From a virus, in IMG/VR virus record IMGVR_UViG_3300032020_000002: 64,000 bases of DNA. The stretch is one strand, 5' to 3'. The position numbers were made by a program, and so were the translations under genes. Shown here in pieces: positions 47,685-56,669 of the stretch; position 1 is the first letter of the stretch, and each line of letters starts with the position of its first letter. The notes under the pieces are model-generated. The model did no database searches and was not told the DNA's origin. It was given only the letters and a program-made list of their open reading frames with translations.

Positions 47685-47712
47685 CGCATTACCTTCTTTT
47701 TTAAGGCAATTT
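47685..47712 (+). promoter_or_regulatory. promoter class 2 (AAACGCATTACCTTC-TTTTTTAAGG)
   Basis: upstream of ATG 47727. Confidence 0.4.
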
Positions 47713-47726
47713 GACCAATTCTATTC

Positions 47727-47921
47727 ATGGCAGAGGAAGTTCTATCATATCAGGCGTTGAACGATGTCGGCGACACGGAAGGGGGGCATATAATAGTGAG
47801 GACTACTGGTCTTGACGAGATTGGCGTGTTAAGCAGTGCAAAAAAGGTGGGCGTTTACTGGGGCATGGAAGATACCGACAAGGTAATCAACGCCTTAAAA
47901 AAATTAAGCAGGGTGGTGTAA
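47727..47921 (+). CDS. array gene; ends KKLSRVV
   Basis: ORF track. Confidence 0.5.
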   Translation: MAEEVLSYQALNDVGDTEGGHIIVRTTGLDEIGVLSSAKKVGVYWGMEDTDKVINALKKLSRVV

Positions 47922-47922
47922 A

Positions 47923-48066
47923 ATGGGTTTTGAATTTGGTGATATAGGTGACATAATAGAAGATGCTTCTAAAAAGTCAGGAACATTTGCACAAGGAGAC
48001 GCTTTAACAGCTATTGCGATGATGATGTTCAATTTAAATGAAAAGAAGCTCAAGGAGGTGGTGTAA
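47923..48066 (+). CDS. array gene (47 aa); ends KKLKEVV
   Basis: hand-translated; TAATGG junction. Confidence 0.45.
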   Translation: MGFEFGDIGDIIEDASKKSGTFAQGDALTAIAMMMFNLNEKKLKEVV

Positions 48067-48308
48067 TGGCAGAAAAAACGAAATTCGGCATACTGAAGCC
48101 TACTGGCGAAGAAGTAAAAACGCATGGGATTGACCTGTCAAAAATAAAGTCCCCAGACCCGATTGCTTATGCTTACGGTCTTGTTCATGGAGAGGGGGGA
48201 GAACCACTCGGCAAACCAGAAAAAGGAGAAAAGTTCGCACCCGAATTCATAAGGGGCTGGAAAGAAGGTCATAAAAAATACACTGAAAACCTCAAGGATG
48301 TGATGTAG
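48066..48308 (+). CDS. array gene; ends NLKDVM
   Basis: ORF track. Confidence 0.55.
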   Translation: MAEKTKFGILKPTGEEVKTHGIDLSKIKSPDPIAYAYGLVHGEGGEPLGKPEKGEKFAPEFIRGWKEGHKKYTENLKDVM

Positions 48309-48509
48309 ATGGCAACGAAATGGGAAGTTAAAGGATTCGTAGCTACTGGCGATTCATTGACAGCAGGAAATTTGATAATCGAATTAGGAGACAAAGCCGA
48401 TAAAAATGATGTTCTTGAAGAATTGAACAGGAGATATGGCTTCAGAAGATACGATAAAAGACCTGTTTTTGAAGCGACTTCAATAAAAAAACTCAAGGAA
48501 GTGGTTTAA
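48309..48509 (+). CDS. array gene; ends KKLKEVV
   Basis: ORF track. Confidence 0.55.
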   Translation: MATKWEVKGFVATGDSLTAGNLIIELGDKADKNDVLEELNRRYGFRRYDKRPVFEATSIKKLKEVV

Positions 48510-48694
48510 TGGCAATAAAAGAAAGAGTAGATTTGAAAAAAGGATTGTTCGTTGAAGTCAAGGAAAGCGCAGAAGAACCGCCAATGGGCTTCATAATAGA
48601 TGTCTTTCATGGTGATGAACTGGTAAATACATATCCGTATTGGTATGATGACTTTGAGGAAATTAAAAAGAAAAAATTAAAGAAGGTGGTGTAA
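48509..48694 (+). CDS. array gene; ends KKLKKVV
   Basis: ORF track. Confidence 0.55.
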   Translation: MAIKERVDLKKGLFVEVKESAEEPPMGFIIDVFHGDELVNTYPYWYDDFEEIKKKKLKKVV

Positions 48695-48835
48695 ATGGAT
48701 AAAAAAATAGCAAGCGGTAAGGAATTTTTGGTATCAGGTGACGGTTTCTATCCAATGAAAGCATCGAACATAAAGGAACTTCTGAAAGAGAAAGTGTCCG
48801 AAACGAGTGACATTAAATTGAAAAAGGTGGTATAA
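48695..48835 (+). CDS. array gene (46 aa); ends IKLKKVV
   Basis: hand-translated. Confidence 0.45.
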   Translation: MDKKIASGKEFLVSGDGFYPMKASNIKELLKEKVSETSDIKLKKVV

Positions 48836-49344
48836 TGCCTGACGGAATTGTTCGTGGATTTAGGAAAATAGGCGAATGGGAAGTGAAAGAAGCCAAAAAG
48901 GTTGGCGGGTTCATCAAAAAGGAAGCACCAAAAGTAAAGGCTTTCATAGAAAAAGAAGCACCCAAAGTGAAGGAATTCATAAAAAGGGAAGCACCCGTAG
49001 TGCAGAGGGCAATAAGGAAAGGCATACTGACTTCTGGGGAGCTTACGACACAAGGAATAGTTTATATTGAAAAAGACAAGCTGAAAAAACTTGAGGCTAT
49101 TCAGGCGAAAAGACCGCTAACAACATCGGAGACAAGGGAAGTGGAAATCACAAAAGGACGCATAGTAAAACTCGAAAAGGTCGTTTCAAAGGCGAAGGAA
49201 AAGCTGGAAAAATTCAAGGCAGAAGAAGGCGAAACGGAGGTAGAAACATATACAGAGCAACCGCCCACGATGATTCAGGAAGTCATTGTGAATTATCCTG
49301 AAATCGAGGCAAGAAGCGAAAAAAGGCTTGAGGAAGTGGTTTAA
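48835..49344 (+). CDS. array gene (K/E-rich repeats); ends RLEEVV
   Basis: ORF track. Confidence 0.55.
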   Translation: MPDGIVRGFRKIGEWEVKEAKKVGGFIKKEAPKVKAFIEKEAPKVKEFIKREAPVVQRAIRKGILTSGELTTQGIVYIEKDKLKKLEAIQAKRPLTTSETREVEITKGRIVKLEKVVSKAKEKLEKFKAEEGETEVETYTEQPPTMIQEVIVNYPEIEARSEKRLEEVV

Positions 49345-49345
49345 T

Positions 49346-49600
49346 ATGGCACACTTTTATGGAACTCTTCAGGGAGGCGGGAAACAATTAACCCAAACAG
49401 GAACGAAGAATTCAGGGATGTTGGCGACAGTAGCAAGTTGGGAGGGGGCAGTAAGATGCTTCGCATATCACGATGAAAAAACAGGAAAAGACATGGTTGA
49501 GTGCGAAAAGATAAAATGGGAAGGCGCAGGGGAAAACAAGCTCCTTCACAAAGGGTTAATCGGAAAATCAGAAGAGAAATTAAAGGAATCGGTGGGTTAA
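49346..49600 (+). CDS. array gene; ends KLKESVG
   Basis: ATG within track ORF 49328. Confidence 0.5.
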   Translation: MAHFYGTLQGGGKQLTQTGTKNSGMLATVASWEGAVRCFAYHDEKTGKDMVECEKIKWEGAGENKLLHKGLIGKSEEKLKESVG

Positions 49601-49810
49601 ATGAGAAAAGCGGGAAAATTTGAGGTCGGAGAAGCAGAAACACCGATAAAATATACGATGATGGAAGATTTGGATACTGGAAAAAATGTAGTCATGTTAA
49701 CTTTTGGTTATCCGCATGAGGAAAGGGCATGGTTTGATAAAGAGAGACTTGATGATTTCATAGACAAGCTAAAGAATGTCAGAGTCAAAATGGAAAGTGT
49801 GGTGGGTTAA
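49601..49810 (+). CDS. array gene; ends KMESVVG
   Basis: ORF track. Confidence 0.55.
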   Translation: MRKAGKFEVGEAETPIKYTMMEDLDTGKNVVMLTFGYPHEERAWFDKERLDDFIDKLKNVRVKMESVVG

Positions 49811-50011
49811 ATGGTCGTATCAAATGAACAGGAACTTCACAAGAAGACACAGGAATTAAGGAGTGCGTTCCATAATCACATGATGGAATTGAAGGAAGCC
49901 ACAAGCGATTTTGCAGAGATGCAGAGAATAGACACACAGATAAACAACAAGCTGGTCGAAGTCCTCATACTCAATGAACTGGCGCATGAAAAGCTCAAGG
50001 AAGTGATATAA
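49811..50011 (+). CDS. array gene; ends KLKEVI
   Basis: ORF track. Confidence 0.55.
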   Translation: MVVSNEQELHKKTQELRSAFHNHMMELKEATSDFAEMQRIDTQINNKLVEVLILNELAHEKLKEVI

Positions 50012-50012
50012 A

Positions 50013-50195
50013 ATGGTAAAAAAAACACCATGCAAATTTGAATTTGAAGTGCAGGGAAAATATGGTCTTGGGTGGGAATGTGTGACAAGTGAGGGAACTA
50101 AAGCTGAAGCATTAAGAAGACTGAAAGAATATAATGAAAACGAACCGATTTATCCGCATAGAGTAGTAAGAAAGACTCTCAAGGAGGTGATGTAA
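50013..50195 (+). CDS. array gene; ends TLKEVM
   Basis: ORF track. Confidence 0.55.
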   Translation: MVKKTPCKFEFEVQGKYGLGWECVTSEGTKAEALRRLKEYNENEPIYPHRVVRKTLKEVM

Positions 50196-50392
50196 TGTTA
50201 CAATGGAAAAAGGATTTGAAAGCCATGTTGGACAACCCAGATTACATAGAGGAAAAAATCGAGGCAATACAGAAAGAATTGACACATGAAAATCCAAACA
50301 CAAATTATCTCCGTGAAAAAGTCGCATCCATAAACAAATGGCTCGGCGAGATTGACTTGGCACGGAAAAGGAAACTCGAAGGGGTAATGTAA
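50195..50392 (+). CDS. array gene; ends KLEGVM
   Basis: ORF track. Confidence 0.55.
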   Translation: MLQWKKDLKAMLDNPDYIEEKIEAIQKELTHENPNTNYLREKVASINKWLGEIDLARKRKLEGVM

Positions 50393-50393
50393 A

Positions 50394-50573
50394 ATGGGAC
50401 TGCTGAAAAAAGCACAGGAAAAGGAACATTTGCAGAAGAAGCTCGATGTGATAAGGGAAATCAGGGACAAGGGCTGGAACATTAATGATTTTCAGGCAGT
50501 ATGGTATGGCATAGGCAGAATTGAAGAGGAGATTGAAAGCATTAAAAAGAAGGTGTTAGGGAAGGCGATTTAA
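50394..50573 (+). CDS. array gene (59 aa); ends KKVLGKAI
   Basis: hand-translated. Confidence 0.45.
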   Translation: MGLLKKAQEKEHLQKKLDVIREIRDKGWNINDFQAVWYGIGRIEEEIESIKKKVLGKAI

Positions 50574-50574
50574 A

Positions 50575-51033
50575 ATGGCAGATTATGAATCAGTTACAAT
50601 TCCGAAGGAAGTGAGGGAGAAGGAGTTTTGCAAAAAGCTCTTCAAGATAGAGCCAATAGTGGACTTGGCACATGATGTTACAGGATGCGGAAGGTTTGCC
50701 GAGGTCACGGAAACTTCTGATGGTTTTTTTCTTGGACGGGCAAGGAAAGACATAGGATTTAATGAATTTTTGGCGCAACCATCTCCGAGGGCATTGGAAA
50801 ACACAAAAAGGATATTTGACCAGCTTGATAGTGAAGGCAAGATTGAATTCTGCTCAAGAGTGATAGTCCAGAGGATAACACCAGAGGACATAAACATAAA
50901 CTGCGAAAGGCTCAAATCGCTTCAAGCAATAGTGATGGGTGATTCCGAAGCAGACAAAGCAGAGAGGGGAGAAGAAATGAGGCACAGCCGAGCAATGAGA
51001 ATGAATGTCGAGGAAGCAGAGGGTGGATGGTAA
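50575..51033 (+). CDS. array gene (152 aa); ends EAEGGW
   Basis: ORF track. Confidence 0.55.
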   Translation: MADYESVTIPKEVREKEFCKKLFKIEPIVDLAHDVTGCGRFAEVTETSDGFFLGRARKDIGFNEFLAQPSPRALENTKRIFDQLDSEGKIEFCSRVIVQRITPEDININCERLKSLQAIVMGDSEADKAERGEEMRHSRAMRMNVEEAEGGW

Positions 51034-51191
51034 TGTCAAATTTCATAGTCGAATCAATATGTGCAGGAGAAGTAAGTGCCAAAGACGAAGATGAAGCACT
51101 TGAAAAATTTGACAAATGGCTTAATCACAGGGAATTGCATAATATAGAATGTAGCGGTGAGGCAAGAAAGATTAAGGAGGTGTTGGGTTAA
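51033..51191 (+). CDS. array gene (52 aa); ends KIKEVLG
   Basis: hand-translated. Confidence 0.45.
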   Translation: MSNFIVESICAGEVSAKDEDEALEKFDKWLNHRELHNIECSGEARKIKEVLG

Positions 51192-51379
51192 TGGAAAAAA
51201 CAATATTGGGCGAAAGTTTATCTGGGGATAGAATTGTTGAAGTGGAATTTCTTGGTAAACCGCATTTTGTCATAATAAGAGAAAATTTCCCTGAAGAAAA
51301 AATAAAAAACGAAATAAGGCTGGACTTTGATGAAATTGATGAATTATGTAGACTTAAAAAGCTCAAGCAGGTGGTATAG
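51191..51379 (+). CDS. array gene; ends KLKQVV
   Basis: ORF track. Confidence 0.55.
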   Translation: MEKTILGESLSGDRIVEVEFLGKPHFVIIRENFPEEKIKNEIRLDFDEIDELCRLKKLKQVV

Positions 51380-51380
51380 A

Positions 51381-51632
51381 ATGGCAGGATTTGAGCATGA
51401 AAAAATCAGGGGGGCAAAAATATACTTCGGACAGGGAATAACAGAGAAGGAGAAAGAAGAAATCAGGGAATGGTTTAAAAAAGGTCATGCGGGTGCTACT
51501 GATACGCATTTTTGGAAATCAGACAGCAAAATAAGGTTTCAGCAAGTAATTGGTAAAGAATATGTCGGTTATGTGTGTGAAATTGGAAGCACAAAAGACC
51601 TCGCAGAAGGTAAACTGAAAGTGGTGATGTAA
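51381..51632 (+). CDS. array gene; ends KLKVVM
   Basis: ATG within track ORF 51327. Confidence 0.5.
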   Translation: MAGFEHEKIRGAKIYFGQGITEKEKEEIREWFKKGHAGATDTHFWKSDSKIRFQQVIGKEYVGYVCEIGSTKDLAEGKLKVVM

Positions 51633-51818
51633 ATGGCAGAAGATGTTGTTGATGCTGTAATAAATTGGGAAGAAACTGATAGAGCAGGGTATGTCGTAGT
51701 CAATCGTATTGGTTCTACGCTTTATGTCGCAGTAAGAAATTTTGAAAACCCAAAAGGAACATTGACAGCAAAAGAGTTACAAGCAATAGCCAAACTTAAA
51801 CTGGAGGGGGCGATATGA
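51633..51818 (+). CDS. array gene; ends KLKLEGAI
   Basis: ORF track. Confidence 0.55.
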   Translation: MAEDVVDAVINWEETDRAGYVVVNRIGSTLYVAVRNFENPKGTLTAKELQAIAKLKLEGAI

Positions 51819-52066
51819 TGGAAAAATATTTCAGGGTTACACACAGCACAGGTGTTTTTGGTGAAGTTGGTGGCAAACAAATCGGCTCTATACAAAAGGC
51901 AAGAGTTTCTGCTTTTAATATGGAAGAGGCGAAGGAACTGGTCGAAAAACATTTCGGAACAATCGCAATAAACATAGAGGAGATAACAGACCCCAAAGAG
52001 ATAAGGGAATTGGAAATGAAAATCAAGAAAAAGGATTATATACTTAAGAAGGAAGTGATTGGTTAA
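51815..52066 (+). CDS. array gene; ends LKKEVIG
   Basis: ORF track. Confidence 0.55.
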   Translation: MMEKYFRVTHSTGVFGEVGGKQIGSIQKARVSAFNMEEAKELVEKHFGTIAINIEEITDPKEIRELEMKIKKKDYILKKEVIG

Positions 52067-52393
52067 ATGGTCGGCGTAGAAATCTCAATGATGTTTTTTG
52101 CTGAATGGTATAAGAAAGATGTAGCTCCAAAACTCACAAAGGAACAGAAAGAAAAACTGCTGAAAAAGATTTCCGAGCTATCATTGAGAATACCTATTTT
52201 TGAGGCTGGAGTGGAAGTTGACAAAAAAGATTTCCCCGAATTAGCCCCATATGCTCACACCGACAAGATAAGCGGACTTCAGCTTTATGCCGTTATGACC
52301 GAGTTATTTGAGGAAATACATCCAAAAATGATACCGAAGCCATACCCAGAGTTTCCAACGGCAAAGAAGAAGTTAAAGGAAGTGGTGGGTTAA
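52067..52393 (+). CDS. array gene; ends KLKEVVG
   Basis: ORF track. Confidence 0.55.
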   Translation: MVGVEISMMFFAEWYKKDVAPKLTKEQKEKLLKKISELSLRIPIFEAGVEVDKKDFPELAPYAHTDKISGLQLYAVMTELFEEIHPKMIPKPYPEFPTAKKKLKEVVG

Positions 52394-52543
52394 ATGGAAA
52401 AAATAACAGAAATTTTCCCCAAAGGAACTATGATAGATGAGATAATGGATTTCCCGCATGACAATATAAAATGGGATAAATGGGAAGAACATACTGCTGA
52501 AAATGTAAAAATGACTATTGAAAAACTCAAGGAAGTGATGTAA
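52394..52543 (+). CDS. array gene (49 aa); ends KLKEVM
   Basis: hand-translated. Confidence 0.45.
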   Translation: MEKITEIFPKGTMIDEIMDFPHDNIKWDKWEEHTAENVKMTIEKLKEVM

Positions 52544-52711
52544 ATGGCAGATAAATTTAAAGCATTATTGAAGGAAGCGATTTGGCAGTTGAATGGATTC
52601 GTTGAAGAGAAAAAATCAGAGCCAGTCCTTACACCAGAAGGAGAATCCATGCTTGAGAGCGCAGAAAATTTTTTAATTAAAGCAAGAAAATCACTCAAGG
52701 GGGTAATGTAA
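52544..52711 (+). CDS. array gene (55 aa); ends SLKGVM
   Basis: hand-translated. Confidence 0.45.
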   Translation: MADKFKALLKEAIWQLNGFVEEKKSEPVLTPEGESMLESAENFLIKARKSLKGVM

Positions 52712-52939
52712 ATGGTGTTGACAGAAGATGATTTAAGAAGGATAGCATATGAGGCAGGACTGCGTAACAATTCCCTATTTGTAGCCTTTATGAAGGAAAG
52801 ATTTCCGCAAGAAGGAGACAAATATTATGCAAGGGAATGGGCAGACAGGTTCGCAAGCGGAGACCCGACAGGTTACATGGACAATCAGTCGCTTGGGGCA
52901 TACATAAATCAAATCAAAAAGTTGAGAAAGGTGATGTAA
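52712..52939 (+). CDS. array gene; ends KLRKVM
   Basis: ORF track. Confidence 0.55.
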   Translation: MVLTEDDLRRIAYEAGLRNNSLFVAFMKERFPQEGDKYYAREWADRFASGDPTGYMDNQSLGAYINQIKKLRKVM

Positions 52940-53149
52940 ATGATTTTCGACTGGCTTTGGAAAAGAGATAAGGACAAAACACCCAAAAAACTGCCAGTCG
53001 TAGCCATAGAAGGCAAAAAGTATTACCGTGATGACAGGCTTGAGGAATTCAGGGCGGTTGACAACCCGCATGACAGGATACCCTTTTCGGTGTGGGGCTT
53101 CAAGCCAAACATAGTTGAAATGAAAAAGCTCGACAATGTGGTGGGTTAA
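52940..53149 (+). CDS. array gene; ends KLDNVVG
   Basis: ORF track. Confidence 0.55.
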   Translation: MIFDWLWKRDKDKTPKKLPVVAIEGKKYYRDDRLEEFRAVDNPHDRIPFSVWGFKPNIVEMKKLDNVVG

Positions 53150-53329
53150 ATGGTGAAATTAAATATTTCCGAAAGAGAAGTTAATCTTATGTGGGAGGCA
53201 TTGGAGAATCTGAAGAGATTTTGGTCAGAGCAATCTAAAGAATTTCCTACAATGGAAGGCAAAGATATTGCAAAGAAATATGAAAGAGAAGTCGAAAATT
53301 TACTTGAAAAACTCAAGGAAGTGATGTGA
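53150..53329 (+). CDS. array gene (59 aa); ends KLKEVM
   Basis: hand-translated. Confidence 0.45.
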   Translation: MVKLNISEREVNLMWEALENLKRFWSEQSKEFPTMEGKDIAKKYEREVENLLEKLKEVM

Positions 53330-53539
53330 ATGGCAAAAGAAAAAGTCGCAAAAGGTCTTTATGTGGAAGTTGGAGCTTACAAAGGAAAAGAAATAATGGA
53401 TGGATACTACAAAGAAGCAAAACATGAGCCACATCTTTACATAGGAAGTGCTGACAAGCAAGACATGGAAAAAATGTTGAATGCGGTAAAAGAAAAGATA
53501 ACAGAGCTTAAAAAGAAAGGGTTAGACAAGGTGATTTGA
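53330..53539 (+). CDS. array gene; ends GLDKVI
   Basis: ORF track. Confidence 0.55.
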   Translation: MAKEKVAKGLYVEVGAYKGKEIMDGYYKEAKHEPHLYIGSADKQDMEKMLNAVKEKITELKKKGLDKVI

Positions 53540-53805
53540 TGGAAATAGAAAAGGGAGAAATTGCCCCGCAGACAATCAAACAAATTGAAAAATGGCTCGA
53601 TGAAGGAAATGAAATAGCAGTTTATAGGAATGTTGATTTATCAAGCCCCGAAATCGGGAAACTGGTATTTTTAAAAGTGGGCAAAACAGCCACACTCAAA
53701 GTAGCTCCAAAAACATTGCCCGACAATCCAGTAATTCCGATTGCTTGGCGTTACTACCTTCAAAGCGTGATTAAAAGCAAGGAGAAACTCAAGGAAGTGG
53801 TTTAA
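53539..53805 (+). CDS. array gene; ends KLKEVV
   Basis: ATG within track ORF 53536. Confidence 0.55.
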   Translation: MEIEKGEIAPQTIKQIEKWLDEGNEIAVYRNVDLSSPEIGKLVFLKVGKTATLKVAPKTLPDNPVIPIAWRYYLQSVIKSKEKLKEVV

Positions 53806-54026
53806 TGGCAGAAGAAAAATATTCAACTTGGAAAGAATGGGAGGAGGACAGAGACACAGTAGAAGGCATACTCGATAAAAGGGACATGAAGGGAATGATT
53901 GAGATGCTTGCCGATATATCATATTTAAAGGCTGAACATTTAAGGTCAGATTGGCAGGATGAAGTGTCGGCTAAAACATGGGAAAAGATAGCAAGCAGGC
54001 TTGAAAAGCTCAAGGAAGTGGTTTAA
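53805..54026 (+). CDS. array gene; ends KLKEVV
   Basis: ORF track. Confidence 0.55.
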   Translation: MAEEKYSTWKEWEEDRDTVEGILDKRDMKGMIEMLADISYLKAEHLRSDWQDEVSAKTWEKIASRLEKLKEVV

Positions 54027-54029
54027 ATT

Positions 54030-54206
54030 ATGAAATTGGCAATACTTACAGATGATGTCCCATTAGGTTATCATGGGCAAGTAATGAGAATACCGAAGGG
54101 AATGGAAGTAAAAATAATCAGGGAAAGACCAGAAGGTATTGATGTTGAATTAGCGGAGAAAATAATATTCACTGTCCAGAAAGACAGGCTAAAGGAAGTG
54201 GTGTAA
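54030..54206 (+). CDS. array gene (58 aa); ends RLKEVV
   Basis: hand-translated. Confidence 0.45.
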   Translation: MKLAILTDDVPLGYHGQVMRIPKGMEVKIIRERPEGIDVELAEKIIFTVQKDRLKEVV

Positions 54207-54422
54207 ATGGCGACATATTGCGAATATCTCTTCATGGGGAATCCGATTGAAATGGAAATGTCCGCAAAAGACGCAATGAAGCGTTTCAAGTCGAAAATGG
54301 AAGCCCTCGAAAAATACAAAGGAACGATTGTATATGATGGTAGTTTCGTTGGTGTGAAGGATGAAAAAGGAAAATGGCTTATCACAAATAGGGGAGAAGA
54401 AAAATTGAAGGAAGTGATATAG
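54207..54422 (+). CDS. array gene; ends KLKEVI
   Basis: ORF track. Confidence 0.55.
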   Translation: MATYCEYLFMGNPIEMEMSAKDAMKRFKSKMEALEKYKGTIVYDGSFVGVKDEKGKWLITNRGEEKLKEVI

Positions 54423-54423
54423 A

Positions 54424-54606
54424 ATGGCAAATGAAGAGGAAAAATATGCAGAAGAGTTGAGGGCAAGGGGCGTTTTTATCCAGCCCGAACAGGCAAGAGA
54501 ATTCGTTGAAAGGGGCATAATCCCCGAACACGCAATCTGCATAATGAGGGAAAGGGAAGCAGAAGAAGAAAGGTCAAGAGAAAGATTGAGAAAGAAGGTG
54601 ATGTAA
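54424..54606 (+). CDS. array gene; ends LRKKVM
   Basis: ORF track. Confidence 0.55.
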   Translation: MANEEEKYAEELRARGVFIQPEQAREFVERGIIPEHAICIMREREAEEERSRERLRKKVM

Positions 54607-54612
54607 GTGAAA

Positions 54613-54777
54613 ATGCATAGTCTCGATTGCTTTTGCGGAGAAGTAGAAACAGCGAAGGAATCGGCTTACGGAACGAAATGCAAATGCTTCGGGATAGATG
54701 ATAAAGCCAACTCGGTCATTTGTGACATCGCCATGATAGATATAGCAAAAAAAGAAAAGCTCAAGGGAGTGGTCTGA
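54613..54777 (+). CDS. array gene (54 aa, Cys-containing); ends KLKGVV
   Basis: hand-translated; possible GTG start at 54607. Confidence 0.4.
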   Translation: MHSLDCFCGEVETAKESAYGTKCKCFGIDDKANSVICDIAMIDIAKKEKLKGVV

Positions 54778-55013
54778 TGACATATTACAGAGACGGAAAA
54801 ACAGTCATTGATGCTTTGACAGAAACTCAAATAGGCGTTTTCCCGACAATAGAACAAGCAGAATTATTCATAAGAAGCGTGGTTGGATGCGAAGAATCGG
54901 CAGGGGTGTTATTTAGTAAATGTGGAAAAATCGCAAATAAAATCGCATTACTTCCAGAAACACATAAAATGTTGCCCGATGGTTCATGGATGAAGCTCAA
55001 GGAAGTGGTTTGA
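54777..55013 (+). CDS. array gene; ends KLKEVV
   Basis: ORF track. Confidence 0.55.
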   Translation: MTYYRDGKTVIDALTETQIGVFPTIEQAELFIRSVVGCEESAGVLFSKCGKIANKIALLPETHKMLPDGSWMKLKEVV

Positions 55014-55175
55014 ATGGTCTTGACGGAAAAAGAAGTAAAAGAAATAAACACGGAAGCAGAAAATAGGATAGGCGCATTAATGTATCTTGCCACATATGAG
55101 GAGAAGACAGCGTGGACTGACGGTTTCATCAGTGGATACGCCTATGCGAAAGAAAAGTTCAAAAAGGTGGTTTGA
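55014..55175 (+). CDS. array gene (53 aa); ends KFKKVV
   Basis: hand-translated. Confidence 0.45.
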   Translation: MVLTEKEVKEINTEAENRIGALMYLATYEEKTAWTDGFISGYAYAKEKFKKVV

Positions 55176-55245
55176 TGCTTTTCGAGGATGATGACGAAGA
55201 GGATTACGGAGAAATTTGGACAGAATAGCAATAATGGTGATTTAA

Positions 55246-55527
55246 ATGATGTCGGCAATACCGTTTGAAATATCAAAGGAAAATCAGGAGAAGCAGATAT
55301 TAAGGACAGGCGCAATAGCGGAGCTTGACGCAATCAGCCTTTACGAGCAGATGGCTGACAGGTCAAAAAACCCAGATGTCCAGAAGATACTGCTTGACAT
55401 AGCGAAAGAGGAGAAAACGCACATGGGAGAATTCCTCACACTCCTGTCCAATAAGGACACCGAACAAAGGAACGAGATTGAGAAAGGAAGGGCAGAAGTA
55501 ATGGAGAAACTGGGAAAGGTGATGTAA
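55246..55527 (+). CDS. array gene; possible ferritin-like/four-helix diiron motif (ExxH); ends KLGKVM
   Basis: AELDAISLYEQMAD...EEKTHMGEF. Confidence 0.5.
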   Translation: MMSAIPFEISKENQEKQILRTGAIAELDAISLYEQMADRSKNPDVQKILLDIAKEEKTHMGEFLTLLSNKDTEQRNEIEKGRAEVMEKLGKVM

Positions 55528-55797
55528 ATGGAATTTCCTCCAATGTCATTTATAAAAGAATTTAATGTGGCGATAGAAAAGACTATGAATAAAACAAGAA
55601 AACAAATAACCAATATCCGCTATGGCAAATTGGGAGAGATAAAATTCGATTTCAGGGGAAATACATATTCACTTGAAGAACCAGAAGATGTCATACTTGT
55701 CGGTTCTCCGAATATACTTGCTCAGAATTACATCGCAAGGAAGATAATCAGTGGAAAAACATCAGTTGATGTGAAAAAGCTAAAGGAGGTAGTGTAA
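55528..55797 (+). CDS. array gene; ends KLKEVV
   Basis: ORF track. Confidence 0.55.
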   Translation: MEFPPMSFIKEFNVAIEKTMNKTRKQITNIRYGKLGEIKFDFRGNTYSLEEPEDVILVGSPNILAQNYIARKIISGKTSVDVKKLKEVV

Positions 55798-55798
55798 A

Positions 55799-55981
55799 AT
55801 GGAAACACTGAAAGACATAGATGTAAGAACTGACAAAGTATGGATTCCACAAACGAAGGAAGGGAATTTAGAAATATTTTCTGATGAAAGCGGAACGGTT
55901 GTTGAATTGAAAACTCAAAATTTAGAATTGTCATTATTTTTCAATCCCAAACAAAGGAAAAAGCTCAAAGAGGTATTATAA
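55799..55981 (+). CDS. array gene; ends KLKEVL
   Basis: ORF track. Confidence 0.55.
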   Translation: METLKDIDVRTDKVWIPQTKEGNLEIFSDESGTVVELKTQNLELSLFFNPKQRKKLKEVL

Positions 55982-56172
55982 TGGCAACACAAACATGGGA
56001 CAGGGATACATTGGAATCACTCAAAAAGTTAGGAGATGACATAGAATTCATTATGACCAATTACTATGAGTATTATAGCAAAGAGCTTGACGAGAAACTT
56101 GGGGATGTAAGATATGCCCTTGAAGACGAAATAGACAGAATAAACAAGCAAAAGCTGAAGAAGGTGATGTAA
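55981..56172 (+). CDS. array gene; ends KLKKVM
   Basis: ORF track. Confidence 0.55.
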   Translation: MATQTWDRDTLESLKKLGDDIEFIMTNYYEYYSKELDEKLGDVRYALEDEIDRINKQKLKKVM

Positions 56173-56442
56173 ATGGTATTGGAGAGATATGGTGTAGTGC
56201 CAAGAAAGACTGAAGAAGAGTTCAAGGAAAAGATGAAAACAATTGACATTGAACCAAAATGGGTCAATCTTGCGCCATATTTAATCAGGCTCATAAGGGA
56301 AGGATGCCCCGAAAACAGAAAATATGCTGAAGAAGAAATAATGAACATGGCAAGGGTCATGGACTGGGTGAGGCAAGCCCAGAAAAGAGGAGTCCAAATG
56401 CTCCGAGTCCCTTCCGAAAAGAAGCTAAAAGAGGTGGTGTAA
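56173..56442 (+). CDS. array gene; ends KLKEVV
   Basis: ORF track. Confidence 0.55.
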   Translation: MVLERYGVVPRKTEEEFKEKMKTIDIEPKWVNLAPYLIRLIREGCPENRKYAEEEIMNMARVMDWVRQAQKRGVQMLRVPSEKKLKEVV

Positions 56443-56669
56443 TGACAACTGCAATAGTGCTTGGAAGCGAAACGCTAAAAGAGACAGGATTCGATGCCTA
56501 TGCCATTGAGAGAAATGCAAGAAGAATACAAATGCTGTTAGAAAAAAAAGTAATTGACGAAAATGTTGCCAATAAAATAGATAGCAATATAGCTGGAATA
56601 AAATATCACATTAACAGGCTGGCAGATTGGTCGGAGCATTGGAATAAAAGGATGAAGGAAGTGATGTAA
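56442..56669 (+). CDS. array gene; ends RMKEVM
   Basis: ORF track. Confidence 0.55.
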   Translation: MTTAIVLGSETLKETGFDAYAIERNARRIQMLLEKKVIDENVANKIDSNIAGIKYHINRLADWSEHWNKRMKEVM

